Positions 40,189 to 53,134 of a DNA stretch of 64,000 bases are shown piece by piece. The notes below the pieces were generated by a model. That model did no database searches. It was not told the DNA's origin and saw only the letters and a list, made by a program, of their open reading frames with translations. Within the stretch, counting starts at the first letter, position 1, and every line of letters starts with the position of its first letter. The stretch covers positions 15,252,001 through 15,316,000 of the forward strand of contig NC_043015.1 in NCBI RefSeq assembly GCF_006345805.1, in the 5' to 3' direction. Made by a program: the position numbers and the translations under genes. Origin of the DNA: Octopus sinensis (lineage: Eukaryota).

Positions 40189-40478
40189 TTCCTATGTCTC
40201 CCTGTATCTGATTCACTGGAAGAAGCTGGACCAAGATCACCAAAAGAGTAAGACTTGGTAGCATATGATCGCCTGCGTTCATCACAGGACAAAAAGCCAG
40301 CACTACGGACGGAAGAAGTGCTACCACTACGTTCTCTCCACAGTTCTTCAGATGCCATTAGTTGCTCATCAGGAGAGAGTGTAGACATTGAATCAGTTGG
40401 GCTGCTGATTTCATGTTGTCGAGATTCAGTGGACGAAGGTAAAGCATATCTCAAATTTAGTTTCATATGCTGACCAAG
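40189..40478 (-). CDS. TRAPPC14: TRAPPC14-like exon (LGQHMKLNLRY...KSYSF...)
   Basis: GT-AG; resembles human LSQHMKLKLQF and RSQSF (recalled sequence). Confidence 0.9.
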
Positions 40479-40916
40479 CTATAAAGAAATATAATTTCTC
40501 ATTGAAAATAATATGGAGCAGGAGAACAAAAACATTAATATTTAGCCATTTTTTTTTATGGTCACTGTGTGTGTATGTGTGTGGGGGGATTGGAAGAGGA
40601 CTCAATCACAAATAAAAGCATTCAGTTAAATATTGATACCAATTAGATATTTACTTCTAACATGAGTAAGCAAAAAGTAGTCAGCTGTTGTTGTTTTAAC
40701 CCAAATCTGACAAAGCATTCTAACCCTGACCATCCAACCGTTTAGAAGTATGGTGGGGGAGGGGGTTAAAAAGTTAAATGTTTCCTGTCCTTATATAAGA
40801 TGATAGGATATGATTCAAGGGAGAATTGGTTGCTATCTTTAGCAGGTCTAGTAACCTTGTAGAGATATCCTTGCTAGCCTGTAATAATCAGAAAAGGTGG
40901 TAAGACAATAATTTTT

Positions 40917-41100
40917 ATCTATAATAATAAATGCGAATTTTCTCTGTCTGTCCGTCTGTCCAGGACCCCTATATCTCAGTTTATATTTGCTCTACATAGA
41001 CGTATTATACCTTTTTGGAATCAGTAGGATCCCAGGATTGAAAATCTACCCTTTATTTGGTTCTTGAACATCCAGCACTGGGATCAGGCCTGGAGGATTT
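40917..41100 (+). mobile_element. Possible non-autonomous Helitron 5' fragment
   Basis: A|TCTATAATAATAAA start followed by (CTGT)n; 3' end not identified. Confidence 0.35.
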
Positions 41101-41983
41101 GTTATATGCTAACAGTTGATAATTCAAATTCTAAAAGAACTCCAAAAATTTGTGAGTTTACAAGTTTGTCATTTAAACTGAATTTAAAGTAATACCGTAT
41201 TGGTAGGGTACCAATAAATGCTTTATTATTATTTCTCTCTTTATTTTGGGGCTGCAAAAGTATAATTTACTAATTACACCATTCAATTACATATAATGGA
41301 TATGAAATAAGAAGCACTGATTCAACAATATGTCGTAGTCACCTAACACTATTTTAGACTATTATAAGGAAACATCATAGAAATTCATGTTTTGCCTCAG
41401 CTAATATTGATTTTAAACATGGCATATGGTTTCAAATTAGGGAGAGTACTTGACTGGTAATTATTTTATTAAGCCTGGAAAAAATAAAAGGCAAGTTGGC
41501 TTCAGCATAATCAGAGCTCAGAATGTAGAGACATAAATAAATAAATAACACTCAAGTGTTTCTACTAATCAATTGCTCTTATAGCCAATATTCACAGATA
41601 CCTATTGTCATTTTGCTATAAAAACACAACCTTAGCTAACAGCCAAACATCTCATCCAATTCTCTTACCACAGATTTGCTTGTCAGTTGCTTGACCATAG
41701 CCACTGGAGCATATCCCTTAGTGGCAGACAATATGTGCATCTCTAATCATGAGCAGGAGTAGTGGGGGAGCATCATAGCCATGTATTGAGAAGGATTCTT
41801 TGGGATTTGAATAGATGCAACAAAAGCAAAATTTGAAGGAAATATCAGCTGGTTTTCATATTTTCTAGGGGTAAACAAATAGGAAATAACAGTTGCTACC
41901 CAAGGACAAAAATCATGTTACACAGTGTTATTTTCAACTTAGTTTGATCCTTTTGTTAAACTCTGAGATTGAAAATGACTTAC

Positions 41984-42053
41984 TTCAAATAAACCTGGAT
42001 GTAATACCTGAAATCGAACATTGGCTGTCATAGTCGAGCCTTTTGGACAGGAC
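41984..42053 (-). CDS. TRAPPC14: TRAPPC14-like exon (SCPKGSTMTANVRFQVLHPGLFE)
   Basis: GT-AG, phase 2 to 0; resembles human KGSALTFSVAFQALRTGLFE. Confidence 0.9.
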
Positions 42054-42260
42054 CTGCCAAAGAAAGACACATGAAGGAAGCATTATAAGTAGATTCTTTA
42101 ACACACACAATCAAACCTCAGCAAGCAACAGATCATAGGCTTGTGTTAATTTTATAAGTAGCTATTATTGTAGGGTTCTGTAGAAAGAGTGACATGCAAA
42201 ATCCCACTTTTTGCTTGATCATTTTCATGTCAAAGTACAATTTTTTTGTGGATACTTAAA

Positions 42261-42600
42261 CAGGGTGGGCCAAAAGTAATGCACCAAAACATCTGACATT
42301 TCATTCATACTATGTTATGATTATTTATTTTGTTCATCATGGCGTTAGGAAGGGCATCCAGCCGTAGAAACACTGCCAGATCTGACTGGGCCTGATGAAG
42401 CCTTCCGGCTTCACAGACCCCAGTTGAACTGTCCAACCCATGCTAGCATGGAAAACGGACGCTAAATGATGATGATGATAATGATGATGTATGTGTGTAT
42501 TCATCATTATTTTATTCAATTTTAGAAAACTTGAAGTATGTTTTTGACAATTCATCGAGTGTACTGCACTTATTTTGTGTGTGACTTTTGGCACACCCAG
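42261..42600. mobile_element. Tc1/mariner-type MITE interrupted by an RTE tail (42340-42490)
   Basis: CAGGGTGGGCCAAAAGT ... ACTTTTGGCACACCCAG-TA imperfect TIRs. Confidence 0.6.
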
Positions 42601-43944
42601 TATATCATTTGAAAGTTCTGGGTGTGAGCTTTCTTCTCATATACATTTGATCAAAATCCAACACTTATATATCACCTTTGTATTTCCACCCATTAACAAA
42701 GTTTGTCCCATTTAGTTTTTTGACTGCTGAATAGTAGCGCTAGTTCTAGTACAATGTGCTGAAATACTGTAACTTGATTTATGTTGAAAATGAAAGTCTT
42801 AAAGAGGACTTCTCTGTTTTATTTTGATATAAAAATCGATGGTGAGTAGGTCATAAATTTTTTGAATTTTTCTTTCAAAAATAGCTTCCTGTCATTATTT
42901 TGAATGTCATGGAGGAAAAAAAATTGGAAAAGTCCCCATCAAAATGGAGAAACCCAACTCATGTAGGTATCCTGATCCAAAACTCCACCATTTAATTGTT
43001 TATAGCAATTTTTAATAGTCCATTATTGAAATCATATCATGTCCCAAAATCTCAGGGTATATTTAATTCTATACCTACTATAAATATGCCAAAACCCCAA
43101 ATCCCTGTGGTTTGTACTTTCGGATTTAGCTAGGTCTGAAAACACATGAGATTGTGTTTATGGAGGAAGAGAAGTATGAAAGCCATAATTTAATCATAAT
43201 AAAATCTGTAAAGTTGACTAAGGAAATATGATGTGAGAAACCTTTTTTTCTTCTTTTTCTTTCACATTCATATTCCATGTTGGTATGGCCTGAACAGTTT
43301 AACAGAATTCAACAGGTCTGAGGACTGTATTGAACTGCAGTGTCTGCTTTATCATGGTTTCTATGAGTGGATGGCCTTCCTAACATCAACCATTTTACAC
43401 TTTTACATGAGATGGTTTTATGTGGCACTGGCACAGGTGCCTTTACATGACACTGATATAGGTGCTTTTATGTGACCCTAGTACACGTGCTCTTAAGTGG
43501 TACTGGCGTGGGCACTGTAATGTGACACTGGCACAAGTACTGGATGTTTCTATGCATCCCTGGCACTAATGAGGTTGCTAAATAGTTCACAAGACAAAAC
43601 CCCTTCATTGAGGGTGGGGGATTTAGTATTAAGGGAGGTGATTTATATCACGTGTTAAGAGATAAGAGTATGATAGATGGATAAGAACAGGTGTCTTGCT
43701 GAGAAACATGGCTAACTTAGCAGGAAAAGGAGAGAAAACAGCAGCAAAAACTCTTTTATGGGAGAAGAAATGAGAAGTGATGATAGTAATAATAATAAAT
43801 TGGAGGGAATAGTGAGGATAATAACGAAGATGATGAGATGCATAAAGTAAAGTATTAACATTTTAAATACATTTCTATATTCAAGAGATGAGGAATTATT
43901 TACATGATTTACAATTGACGGATATTTGTCCTTATCTTGTTGTT

Positions 43945-43992
43945 AACACAATGTTTCGGCTGATACACCCTCCAACCTTCATCAGGTGTCTT
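43945..43992 (-). ncRNA. Minimal type I hammerhead ribozyme-like motif in a short repeat (43873-44012)
   Basis: Minus strand GACAC-CTGATGA-AGGTTG..CAGCC-GAAAC-ATT-GTGTT; stems I and II pair. Confidence 0.6.
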
Positions 43993-44034
43993 GGGGAAAT
44001 TTTGAACCTGGGTTAGGGTTAAGGTTAGGGTTAT

Positions 44035-44780
44035 GACGTCTGTTACCAGACGATCATGTGAACCTTCTTTTCAGGTACTGAATAACATCTCTCCTTTCTG
44101 TGTTACCTCCCATGTCTCTTTCCCAGTTTTCAGAGTTGGCACTCTAAATGTAGGTACATTGAAAGGTAGGTCTAGCAAGATTGTAGAGATGCTTGAACAG
44201 AGACGTGTTAATGTTGCATACAAGAAGGCGGAGAGGAGCTTAAGCCAGAGTCATCACAGGCAAAGCACATAGGTATAAACTCTTCTGGGAAGGTAATAGT
44301 GATGGAATAGGAGACATCCTTACCAAGAAATTTGATGATAGGGAGGAGATGCTACAGTCCTGTGACATAGAAGGCAGCTGGGAATTCCTGCGAGACAGCT
44401 TGCTGAGTGCCACAGACGAAATCTGTGGCTGGTACAAAGTCCCTTCTAGACCTAGGGTAACATGGTGGTGGAACAATATTGTAGACAGGACCATTAGAGC
44501 AAAGAAACAGGCTTGGAAGGCCTGGAAGAGAGGGGGTAGCAGGTAAAAAGCACTATCTGAACTTGATTGATGCCAGGCCCACCTGACTGACTCCTGTACT
44601 GGTGGCATGTAAAAAGCACCCACTACACTCTTGGAGTGGTTGGCATTAGGAAGGGCATCCAGCTGTGGAAACATTGCCAGACCAGATTGGAGCCTCGTGC
44701 AGCTGCTGGCTCTCCAGACCTCAGTCAAACTGTCCAACCCATGCCAGCATGGAAAACAAACATTAAACGATGATGATGAA
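44035..44780 (+). mobile_element. Internally deleted RTE-like LINE (EN start, mid-ORF, 3' tail)
   Basis: RVGTLNVGTLKGRS, TWWWNN.V..AI-like motif, RTE tail with (GAT)n. Confidence 0.75.
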
Positions 44781-44866
44781 TAATAGTGAGAAAATATTTT
44801 CAAGCAAAATAATTCTAATGGGAAATACTTGATATAAATGTAGAAAGCAAAATATTAAATATTTAC

Positions 44867-44942
44867 CCAAGAAGTACATCTGGATCTTGACATATAATAG
44901 AGTTCATAATATTATGCTTGGGTGCTTTAATATTTATATAGC
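44867..44942 (-). CDS. TRAPPC14: TRAPPC14-like exon (GYINIKAPKHNIMNSIICQDPDVLLG)
   Basis: GT-AG, phase 1 to 2; resembles human LDSVVCHTPLNNLG. Confidence 0.85.
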
Positions 44943-46098
44943 CTGAAAATTGAGAGAAAAGCAAATTATTAATTCTGTATTCTTTTGTAAAGGTATCTTT
45001 TTTATTGTTTTTTTCTTTTTTGATCCTCAATAATTTAGAGTTTATTAATAACATTTAAATACAAAGAATCTAAGAAACAGAAAAAGAAAAAAAGAAAAAG
45101 GTGGTGGGGGGTTAAGTAGCAGAAGGGGAGGGGCAATGGTCCACACATCCCAGAACAAATGGTATGCTCAGCCATGCTCCGCAGTCATGATTGCAATGGC
45201 ACTGCCATGGAGAATCGCCAATGACACTTGCTGCAGCAGCCACTCCACCTTGTGGTACTCATTTCTCAGACATGCTGCTGTTATCCTAATTTTGCAGAGG
45301 AAATTGGTAGTGCTAAGTCCAAAAGTTAAAACTGACAAAATAAGTTAGGGAAAAGCACTAAGAATCCATCCAGTCAGCCACCTAACTGGATATATATATA
45401 TATATATATATATACTTCCGGTTTCATAGGGGAAAGATGTGTTGCTTTCGCTCTGTGATAAAAACAAAAAGGTTTGCATAAATTGACGAAATAATCTGCT
45501 AAAACTGATAAAAAAACGTGGTAGAACTCTGGAGGGAGGTACGAATTCACTTGTCTATATAAATGTGGATATGCTGGTTGGCTTTTATATTTTTCGATGT
45601 CGCTTGATCGAAAATATAAGAGGTAAGTTTTCCTAGCATATCTAGATTTATGAGGAATATTATGTTGATAAAGGAAATGAACCTTACAATTCTAATCCAG
45701 AAACGTACGTCCAAAATTGACCGAAGACTGTGATTTCATTATTTAAAAAAGTTTTTTTGCCATATGTGAGTTACAAATCTTGTTGTCTGTGGAAACTTAT
45801 TTTTGTAGTAAAAGGAAATAGTAGTCTTTAGGCTGCTATTTCTAAAATTTTCGGTATGTGGTTTAAGCAACTTGTTGCAAAAAACCCTTATTATAATTAT
45901 ATAAATTTTTACCGAATATGGTCCTTTTCCATGCCGAAATACTACTAGGTGAAATTTGTTGATTATATATATATATACACACACACACACACATTCGTGA
46001 AAAAGGAAAAGAAATGAAGAAACATAAGCAACCCAGGTTAACATAAGCAAATGTAAAGTCCTGTTTAGAAATAGAGGTAAAAATATATGGCTACAAAC

Positions 46099-46202
46099 CT
46101 TCCTTTGTTTCTACAATGCTGGATGAAGGTGTGGGGTTCCAGTAGAGGCGAAGAGCCAGAAAATCTTGTAATTTGTTTGAAATGGTGTAGAGAACATTGA
46201 AA
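46099..46202 (-). CDS. TRAPPC14: TRAPPC14-like exon (FNVLYTISNKLQDFLALRLYWNP...)
   Basis: GT-AG, phase 2 to 1; strong match to human FTVTYTLLNNLQDFLAVRLVWTP. Confidence 0.92.
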
Positions 46203-46354
46203 CTGTGGAGCAAAAAAGTTCAACTTTCAGATTTCTGAATTTTACAATCTAAATTTAAATTTAGAAAAACAATCAGTTAAAATGTGTTTAGTTGTGAGGA
46301 AGTAATTATTGTTTAAGGATCAAAGAAACTTAATGTATCAGGATTTAGATTAAT

Positions 46355-46676
46355 TGGCACTCTGTTAGTTACGATGAGGGTTCCAGTTGAGCTGATCAAT
46401 AGAACAGCCTCTTGTGAACTTAACATGCAAATGGTTGAGCACTCAACAGACATGCATTCCCTTAACATAGCTCTCAGGGAGATTCAGTGTGACACAGAAT
46501 GTGACGAGGATGGCCCTTTGAAATACAGGTACTACTCCTTTTTGATAGCTGAGTGGACAGGAGTAATGTGAAATAAAGTGTCTTGCTCAAGGACACAACA
46601 CACCATGAGGAATTAAACTCATGACCTTATGATCATGAACTGAATACCCCTAACCACTAAGCCATGCACTTTCACA
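46355..46676 (-). mobile_element. tRNA-derived SINE, family D
   Basis: Minus strand TGGCTTAGTGGTTAG A box, GAGTTTAATTCC B box, GTGTCCTTGAGCAAGACACTTTA core. Confidence 0.75.
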
Positions 46677-46983
46677 ATTCAGATTAAAAATAATAGAGAA
46701 ATGGTGGTTTCAACTGCAATCTGTAGGTATATGCATCAATGGAAAATCAAGTGATTTAGAGATGTAGATGTGATAAGTGACTGTGCTTATAACACCAAGG
46801 TATCTAGTTTCAAGTTCAATGTAGGCCAAGAAAAACAGGACTCCAAGAAATGAGGGAGATGTTGAAATCATATAATGTTTCTCGATTTAGGTATTTAAGC
46901 TGCAAAAGTGCTGGTTTCTTTCCCATGAAATGCCTCATACAGGCTCACTAATGCAAAGGCAATTGCTAATATTTATAAAATTT

Positions 46984-47165
46984 AGGCAGAATTGTTAGCA
47001 CACCAGGCAAAATGCTTAGCAGCATTTCAACTATCTTATGTTCTGTGTTCAAATTCTCATCCTTCTGGTGTTGATAATATAAGTCCCAGTTGAACACTGG
47101 GGTTGATGTAGTTGATCTGTTCCCTGCTCCAAAATTGTTGTCCTTGTATCAAAATTTGAAATCAC
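46984..47165 (+). mobile_element. SINE family A, internally deleted
   Basis: Homology to 455-676. Confidence 0.75.
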
Positions 47166-47189
47166 CACCTTGAAGAATTTTTAGTTAAA

Positions 47190-47510
47190 TTAATTGACTT
47201 CAGTGTTTATCTTTTGTTAAGCCTGGTACTTATTCTATTGGCTCTCTTGCCAAGCTGCTAAGTCACAGGGATGTAAGCACACCAACACCAGTTGGTGGTG
47301 GGGGACAAACACACACACACGGAGGATGGAAGATACACACACATGATGGGCTTCTTTCAGCTTCCGCCTACAAAATCCACTCACAATCCACTTTGGTCAG
47401 CCTGAGGCTATAGTAGAAAACACTTGCCCAAGGTGTCACATAGTTGGACTGAACCTGGAACCATGTGATTGTGAAGCAAACTTCTTACCACAAAGCCATG
47501 CCTGCACTTA
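47190..47510 (-). mobile_element. SINE family B
   Basis: Homology to 13981-14329. Confidence 0.85.
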
Positions 47511-47559
47511 TTACATGCTTAGACAAACAGAAAAACACGAGGAGCAAAAACTCTGTTAC

Positions 47560-47637
47560 CTGCGACCAACAGTAATTTCATCTTTACAAGAAACAGAAAC
47601 AACAAATGGTGGATGATGAAGTTTGATGTTTGGAAGG
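47560..47637 (-). CDS. TRAPPC14: TRAPPC14-like exon (LPNIKLHHPPFVVSVSCKDEITVGR)
   Basis: GT-AG, phase 2 to 2; resembles human LPSVRLDRPCFVMTASCK. Confidence 0.9.
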
Positions 47638-47842
47638 CTGCAAGAAGAAAACAATATGTCTATCAATATTATATTAAGAAAACAATGAGTACAAAAAAGA
47701 AGACAACACAAAAAGGACAAATCTTAATAAATGTTGCATTATTTTAATGCTTATTTTTAATGTTTCTGGTTTGGATATGAGCTGAGAGATATTTAAAAAA
47801 AGAAATTAAAAAAAAAAAAGAATAAATATTAGAGAAAAATAC

Positions 47843-47925
47843 CTGTAAGTGGTAACTGTTTTTGGCTCATCCATTAGTTTAGCTTGCTGGCTACACCAAC
47901 TGATGTGTGCTGCCAGAGAAAACAT
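47843..47925 (-). CDS. TRAPPC14: TRAPPC14-like exon (MFSLAAHISWCSQQ...TVTTY)
   Basis: GT-AG, phase 0 to 2; resembles human LIAVVQWS...IYTHY. Confidence 0.85.
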
Positions 47926-48760
47926 CTGCAACAAAACACAAACATTATTGCAATAATAATTTCTTACAATGGAGCAGGGAGAAATTAGTAAATCCTTGGC
48001 AATCACTTATTGACTGAAGAGACATGATTTGAACTTAGAATCCAGAGGAAGGACACTAAATACTATAAGGCATTTAACACTCAACTACTTTTAGTATTAT
48101 AATAATGTTAGTAACAGTAATTTATAAATTGTCAGAGCAATTTCTATATGCATCAGTATTGAAAACATAGTCTTTTTTTTTTGTATGTCAAGAGTTTGGA
48201 AAGAAATAAGATGGAAAGGCATGGAGTATATTCAGAAATGGTGATAGTGGATAATGTTAGCACTGATAAATAAAGTTGATAGAGGGGAGCAGGTAGAATA
48301 TTATACAGAAGACACAATGGAAAATATGTAACCAAAGAAAGATAGTTATCAATCAATAAACAATGAATATATTGCAGTTGCAATCCTAAACTTTAAGTAA
48401 AAACAGAGCTCTATCAAAGTAAATATTTTGAAAGTGAAAAGTTAAATATTTGTAAAGCTTTCGTTGAGAAAGAGAGAGGTGGGAGAGATGAAATAGGAGT
48501 CAGAGATAAAGAGGTAAGAAACATAGCATTCCAGATACAAGACAAAACTGGATTTGATAACTTGAGTGGGTTTGTTAAGCATGCAGAAGTCATGCTAATC
48601 GATAACAGAGTAAAGCAACTAACATACAATTTCTTTTTGTTTGCACATTTTTTTCCTTTTGTTTTATCTGGAGGAAGGGGCTGTGGCCTTAGATTTTTGC
48701 AAACCTGCGACAAGTTAGACTGACAGTTTGACGAAATAATCAAAACTGGTATAAACTTAC

Positions 48761-48896
48761 CATATTTGGACCTTCCAGTTCTTTTTGTTGTACAGTAAAT
48801 ACAAGGGAGAGTACTTCTCCTGGACTTAAATACAGCGGAAATGTAGAGTTGTCGGTTTTAAGTAAAGAGACTTTTTGACTATGTTGGTCACTTTCA
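48761..48896 (-). CDS. TRAPPC14: TRAPPC14-like exon (ESDQH...FPLYLSPGEVLSLVFTV...)
   Basis: GT-AG, phase 2 to 0; resembles human FPCPLNALEEHNFLFQL. Confidence 0.85.
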
Positions 48897-49511
48897 CTAT
48901 AGAAGAAAAGATGTTAGTTTTTTTGTTGTTGTTTTGTTTTATAAAGGCACATGACACCAGTTTTAATGAAAAGTATTAATAATATAAGTGAAGTGAAATA
49001 TTTTCAATTAAATAGTGCAACTGAGTTGGTAGACAACTTGAGATAAAAATTCTTAACCATGTGTTAGGCATATGAGTAGAAGAGTTCCAAATAGAAAATG
49101 TAACCATATTAAGAACTTGTTTTACTGATTCAATTATCAAAAATTCAACAAGACAGAAACAATCTTTCAATTCAGTTCAAGAGTTACATATCTATCTATG
49201 TACTCTATCCGACTGTGACTAGCTATCCCTTCTACAAACATATAAGCTATATCTAATATTTCTTTTCTGATACACAAATCTCTAACTCATATGCTCTAAT
49301 CCAAACTATACCTTATATAGATACCTAAGTGAAATAAACAGCTTACTATATCAAGATGGTCTCCCTAACCATTACAGTCCCAGAAGAATCTATTAATTAT
49401 TACATGTGCAATAATCTTTGATCCCTTACTAAGTTCTCTCTTAATTACAAAATTATCCCACCAATCACCCTCAACAATGATGATACTGCAATCTCATCAT
49501 TTTGCTGCTGT

Positions 49512-49560
<49 letters not shown>

Positions 49561-50771
49561 GTTGCTGCTGTTTTAACTCCTCTTTTGAATCCCACCATAT
49601 TTACACTATTACCAAATCAGTAAACATGATTTTTTTTTCCAGTCCAGCATGAATTCTAATCCTAATGGTGTACTTTCTTTCAACATCAGTGTGCTTTTGA
49701 GTTATTTTCTATTCCCACAACATTTTTCACTTTTTCCTCTCTGCTTCCAATAACAAAATATCCCAACCCCAGGAAAGGCAATTTCAACAACCCTACTAAG
49801 AACTAACTTGTTATTTTCAACATGTGAATGAATGTTACTCCTTACAATCTATTTACAGAGCAAACATGCTATTTAGCAATAGTAGTGCTATTTCTTGAAC
49901 TTACAAGTTGTGGAACCAATATGTATCTGCTTCAACCACTTTCAACATATTCAATGAGTTTCCTTCTTCCATGAAGACCATATTAAACATTTTTCTCAAT
50001 CTTTTCTCCTTAAGACAACAACGCTTTGCAACTATCAAATTTTATAGCCATCAGCATATAAAACTTCAAGTTAAACAATTACATTCTCATTAACCTGTGT
50101 TAGAGAGTGTGCAATGGTAATGTACATACCATCTATTTCAGGATTAAATGATAAGGATTACAGAAAATGCTAGTAAAAGATGCAGGATTGCATTGCAAAT
50201 TATAATAAATACACATGTAAGTGTTAGTGATAATGTAACATATAGAAGAGGTTAGAGGAGTCTTCAGGCGTACTATAACAGAATGTCTGTGTAGAAATGA
50301 GAACCTAACAAGGATGGAAAGTTCATTTACATTGCAGTGTATTTTCGTGCAGAAGAGAGTGGTAAGAGTCGCTAAAGGAAGGAAAGGCATACTACTGAAG
50401 AGAAAATTTCAGTTCATTCCCAGATTGTATTTTAATACCACCAGATCTCCAATCTAGAAACATTGATTAAGATATGTCAGCTACATCACCTTGTTATACC
50501 AAATCACACATTCTGTTTATTCAACATCCCAGAAACATGTTTTTTTTTCTTTTCATTGTAATTGAAGGCAACTGTATTAAACTAGACATATTCCACGTAA
50601 CTAACAAATATCCTACACTGCTTCTAACTAGGTTATACATAATACTGACTGCCATCACCAGAATATAAAATGTAGTTTCCTACTAATTCCTTTCATTCAC
50701 TCACTCCAAAGACATCAAGTATTTTTTGTAATTCTTACTTAGTTCATTATTCCACCTCTTATCCTAGTCTC

Positions 50772-51003
50772 TTAACCCTTTAGCCTTCAGATTATGCAGT
50801 CAAATGTAATGTTTATTTATTAACATTGTTTTGAATTAATCATGTATTTATCATCTTGAAGCTTGAAGATTTCCATGATGTGATTGCTTATTTCTAGAGG
50901 GACATTATAAGGTAAGTATTAGAGGTTGCATCTGGCTGGTTTGAAAGTAAAACAGGTAGAATATTTAGGCAGGATACAGCCAGTTTGAATGCTGAGGAGT
51001 TAA
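50772..51003. mobile_element. piggyBac-like MITE
   Basis: TTAA-CCCTTTAGC...GCTGAGGAG-TTAA. Confidence 0.7.
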
Positions 51004-51344
51004 TGTATATTAGTATTGGATAGTGGCATCTGGAAGTCAACCTCAAACGTTTTCTGCAACGTCTTTAACTTCTGCCATCTCTTTCTTTGATAATTCTATT
51101 CATAATGTTAATGGTTATATTTCTTCAACTTTTACTAGATTAAATCTAATTTTATTAACTGCAAGCCTATGTTAGATTACAGTGGAGGTGATTGGTACGC
51201 AGATTCCTTACTATAGATAAATTTCATGCTCATAATTATTCTAATGCTTCTATTCATGGGGAGAATAAAATTTGGCTTTCAGTCTGTGTTATAGATAAAA
51301 CTTCCAAGACTTCATATTCTCTTCATCCTGATGACATGATCAGT

Positions 51345-51760
51345 AGTACTTCCATACACAGCAGGAAATTCCGAAGTCTGGCAGCTGACTTGGCAGACAC
51401 CCATAAAATTATTAACCATCTTACAAACAATAACTCTGAGCACCTTTTCAAATTCCACCTGTCTAACACCCGTGGACATGTTTACAAAGTCAGAAAACAG
51501 CACCCATAACTTTCGGAAACATTTTTTCACGCTAAGAGTTGCTGAAGCATGGAACAAACTGCCGGCATCAGTTGTTAGTTGTCGGAGCACTGCATCCTTC
51601 AAAACTTCCATGCTTCCTGAGATTCGCCAATACTACACCTGATTTTCTCCCATTGTTAACTTCCTAGACATTTGTACATTACTGCATATACTTTATATTC
51701 ATTTTTGACAAGTTGTGGTGCACCTGAGCACTGTATGCAATAATTTCATTATTATCATTA
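51345..51760 (+). mobile_element. CR1-like LINE 3' fragment
   Basis: NTRGHVYKVRK..FRKHFFTLRVAEAWNKLPASVV..SFK; (ATT)n tail. Confidence 0.8.
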
Positions 51761-52674
51761 TTTATTTTGGTGCTTTTAAATATTGCAATCATAATTTTAA
51801 CATGTGTTTCATTATACTGGCATGGGTTATATTAATCTACAGTATAGCAATTTTCATTGTTGCCTTCAACAATATGATGTGAAGGCTGATGCACTTTTCT
51901 ACATGACTATGTACAGAACATTATATAAGTTGCTAATAGTTTAATATCACTACTACTTTCCTGCCTCTTATCTTTGATCATTCATTAGTATTAGCTTTTC
52001 GTGGGGGGATGGGGAACAATACAAAACAAGGTGACTGAAGAGGATACATGATGATGGTTGATGTTTACTCCATTGCTACTACATATAGAACCAATATAAC
52101 ACATGAAAGCCACATTCATGAAGTTGACAATATTTACAATTTTTCTATGTTGCATATTTGGTTTGGTAGAATTTCTGAGGCTTGCTGTCTTCTTTATCAT
52201 CTACAGAGTTAATGTCTTTATTAGAAACACAATAACCAGGTAGGTTGTTTTTATAAAGAAAGATCATCTTCATCCTCCATATATGTTGGTCATACTTTGC
52301 TATAAAAATTGCTGTTGTTACAATGTGAAGAGCTATATATGAGAGTGTGCAGACACACATGTACACATATCAATATTTGACTAATATTTTTATAAGGTAG
52401 TATGTTTACTTAAAATGCAATTGTGGTGCAACTGTGAGGATGCATTATGTGCACGTAAGAGATAAACATACCAAAATGACTGGCCAAAAGACCTGCTGTT
52501 GGAAGAACTTGAACTATAGTCTGTTCTGAAATTAAATGGCTGATCAAAGCTGCTTGAAAAAACAAAAAACAAAAACAATGACTGCTACTGTTTACTCTTT
52601 CAAATGTGTAACTGTTAAGCTACTGAAACACTTAACTGAATAATAAAGTATTGAATTAATTGACAATTAATTGA

Positions 52675-52766
52675 AGGCATAGGAGTGGCTGTGTGGTAAG
52701 AAGTTTGCTTCACAATAACATGGTTCCAGTTTCAGTCCAACTATGTGACACCTTGGGCAGTGTCTT
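52675..52766 (+). mobile_element. SINE family B 5' part, runs into the gap
   Basis: GGCATAGGAGTGGCTGTGTGGTAAG...CCTTGGGCAGTGTCTT. Confidence 0.8.
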
Positions 52767-52866
52767 NNNNNNNNNNNNNNNNNNNNNNNNNNNNNNNNNN
52801 NNNNNNNNNNNNNNNNNNNNNNNNNNNNNNNNNNNNNNNNNNNNNNNNNNNNNNNNNNNNNNNNNN
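52767..52866. other. Assembly gap (100 N)
   Basis: Run of N. Confidence 1.
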
Positions 52867-52873
52867 TAATATA

Positions 52874-52940
<67 letters not shown>

Positions 52941-53101
52941 TATATATATAACATACATATATATACATACATATATAATATATATATATATATATATACA
53001 TACATATATATATATCATACATATATATATATATCATACATATATATATATACATACATATTATATATACATACAATATATATATACATACATATATATA
53101 T

Positions 53102-53134
<33 letters not shown>

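Noticed and set aside
44011-44033. TTAGGG repeats as a chromosome end or fusion site
   Set aside because: Only about 4 imperfect units at a TE junction inside an intron
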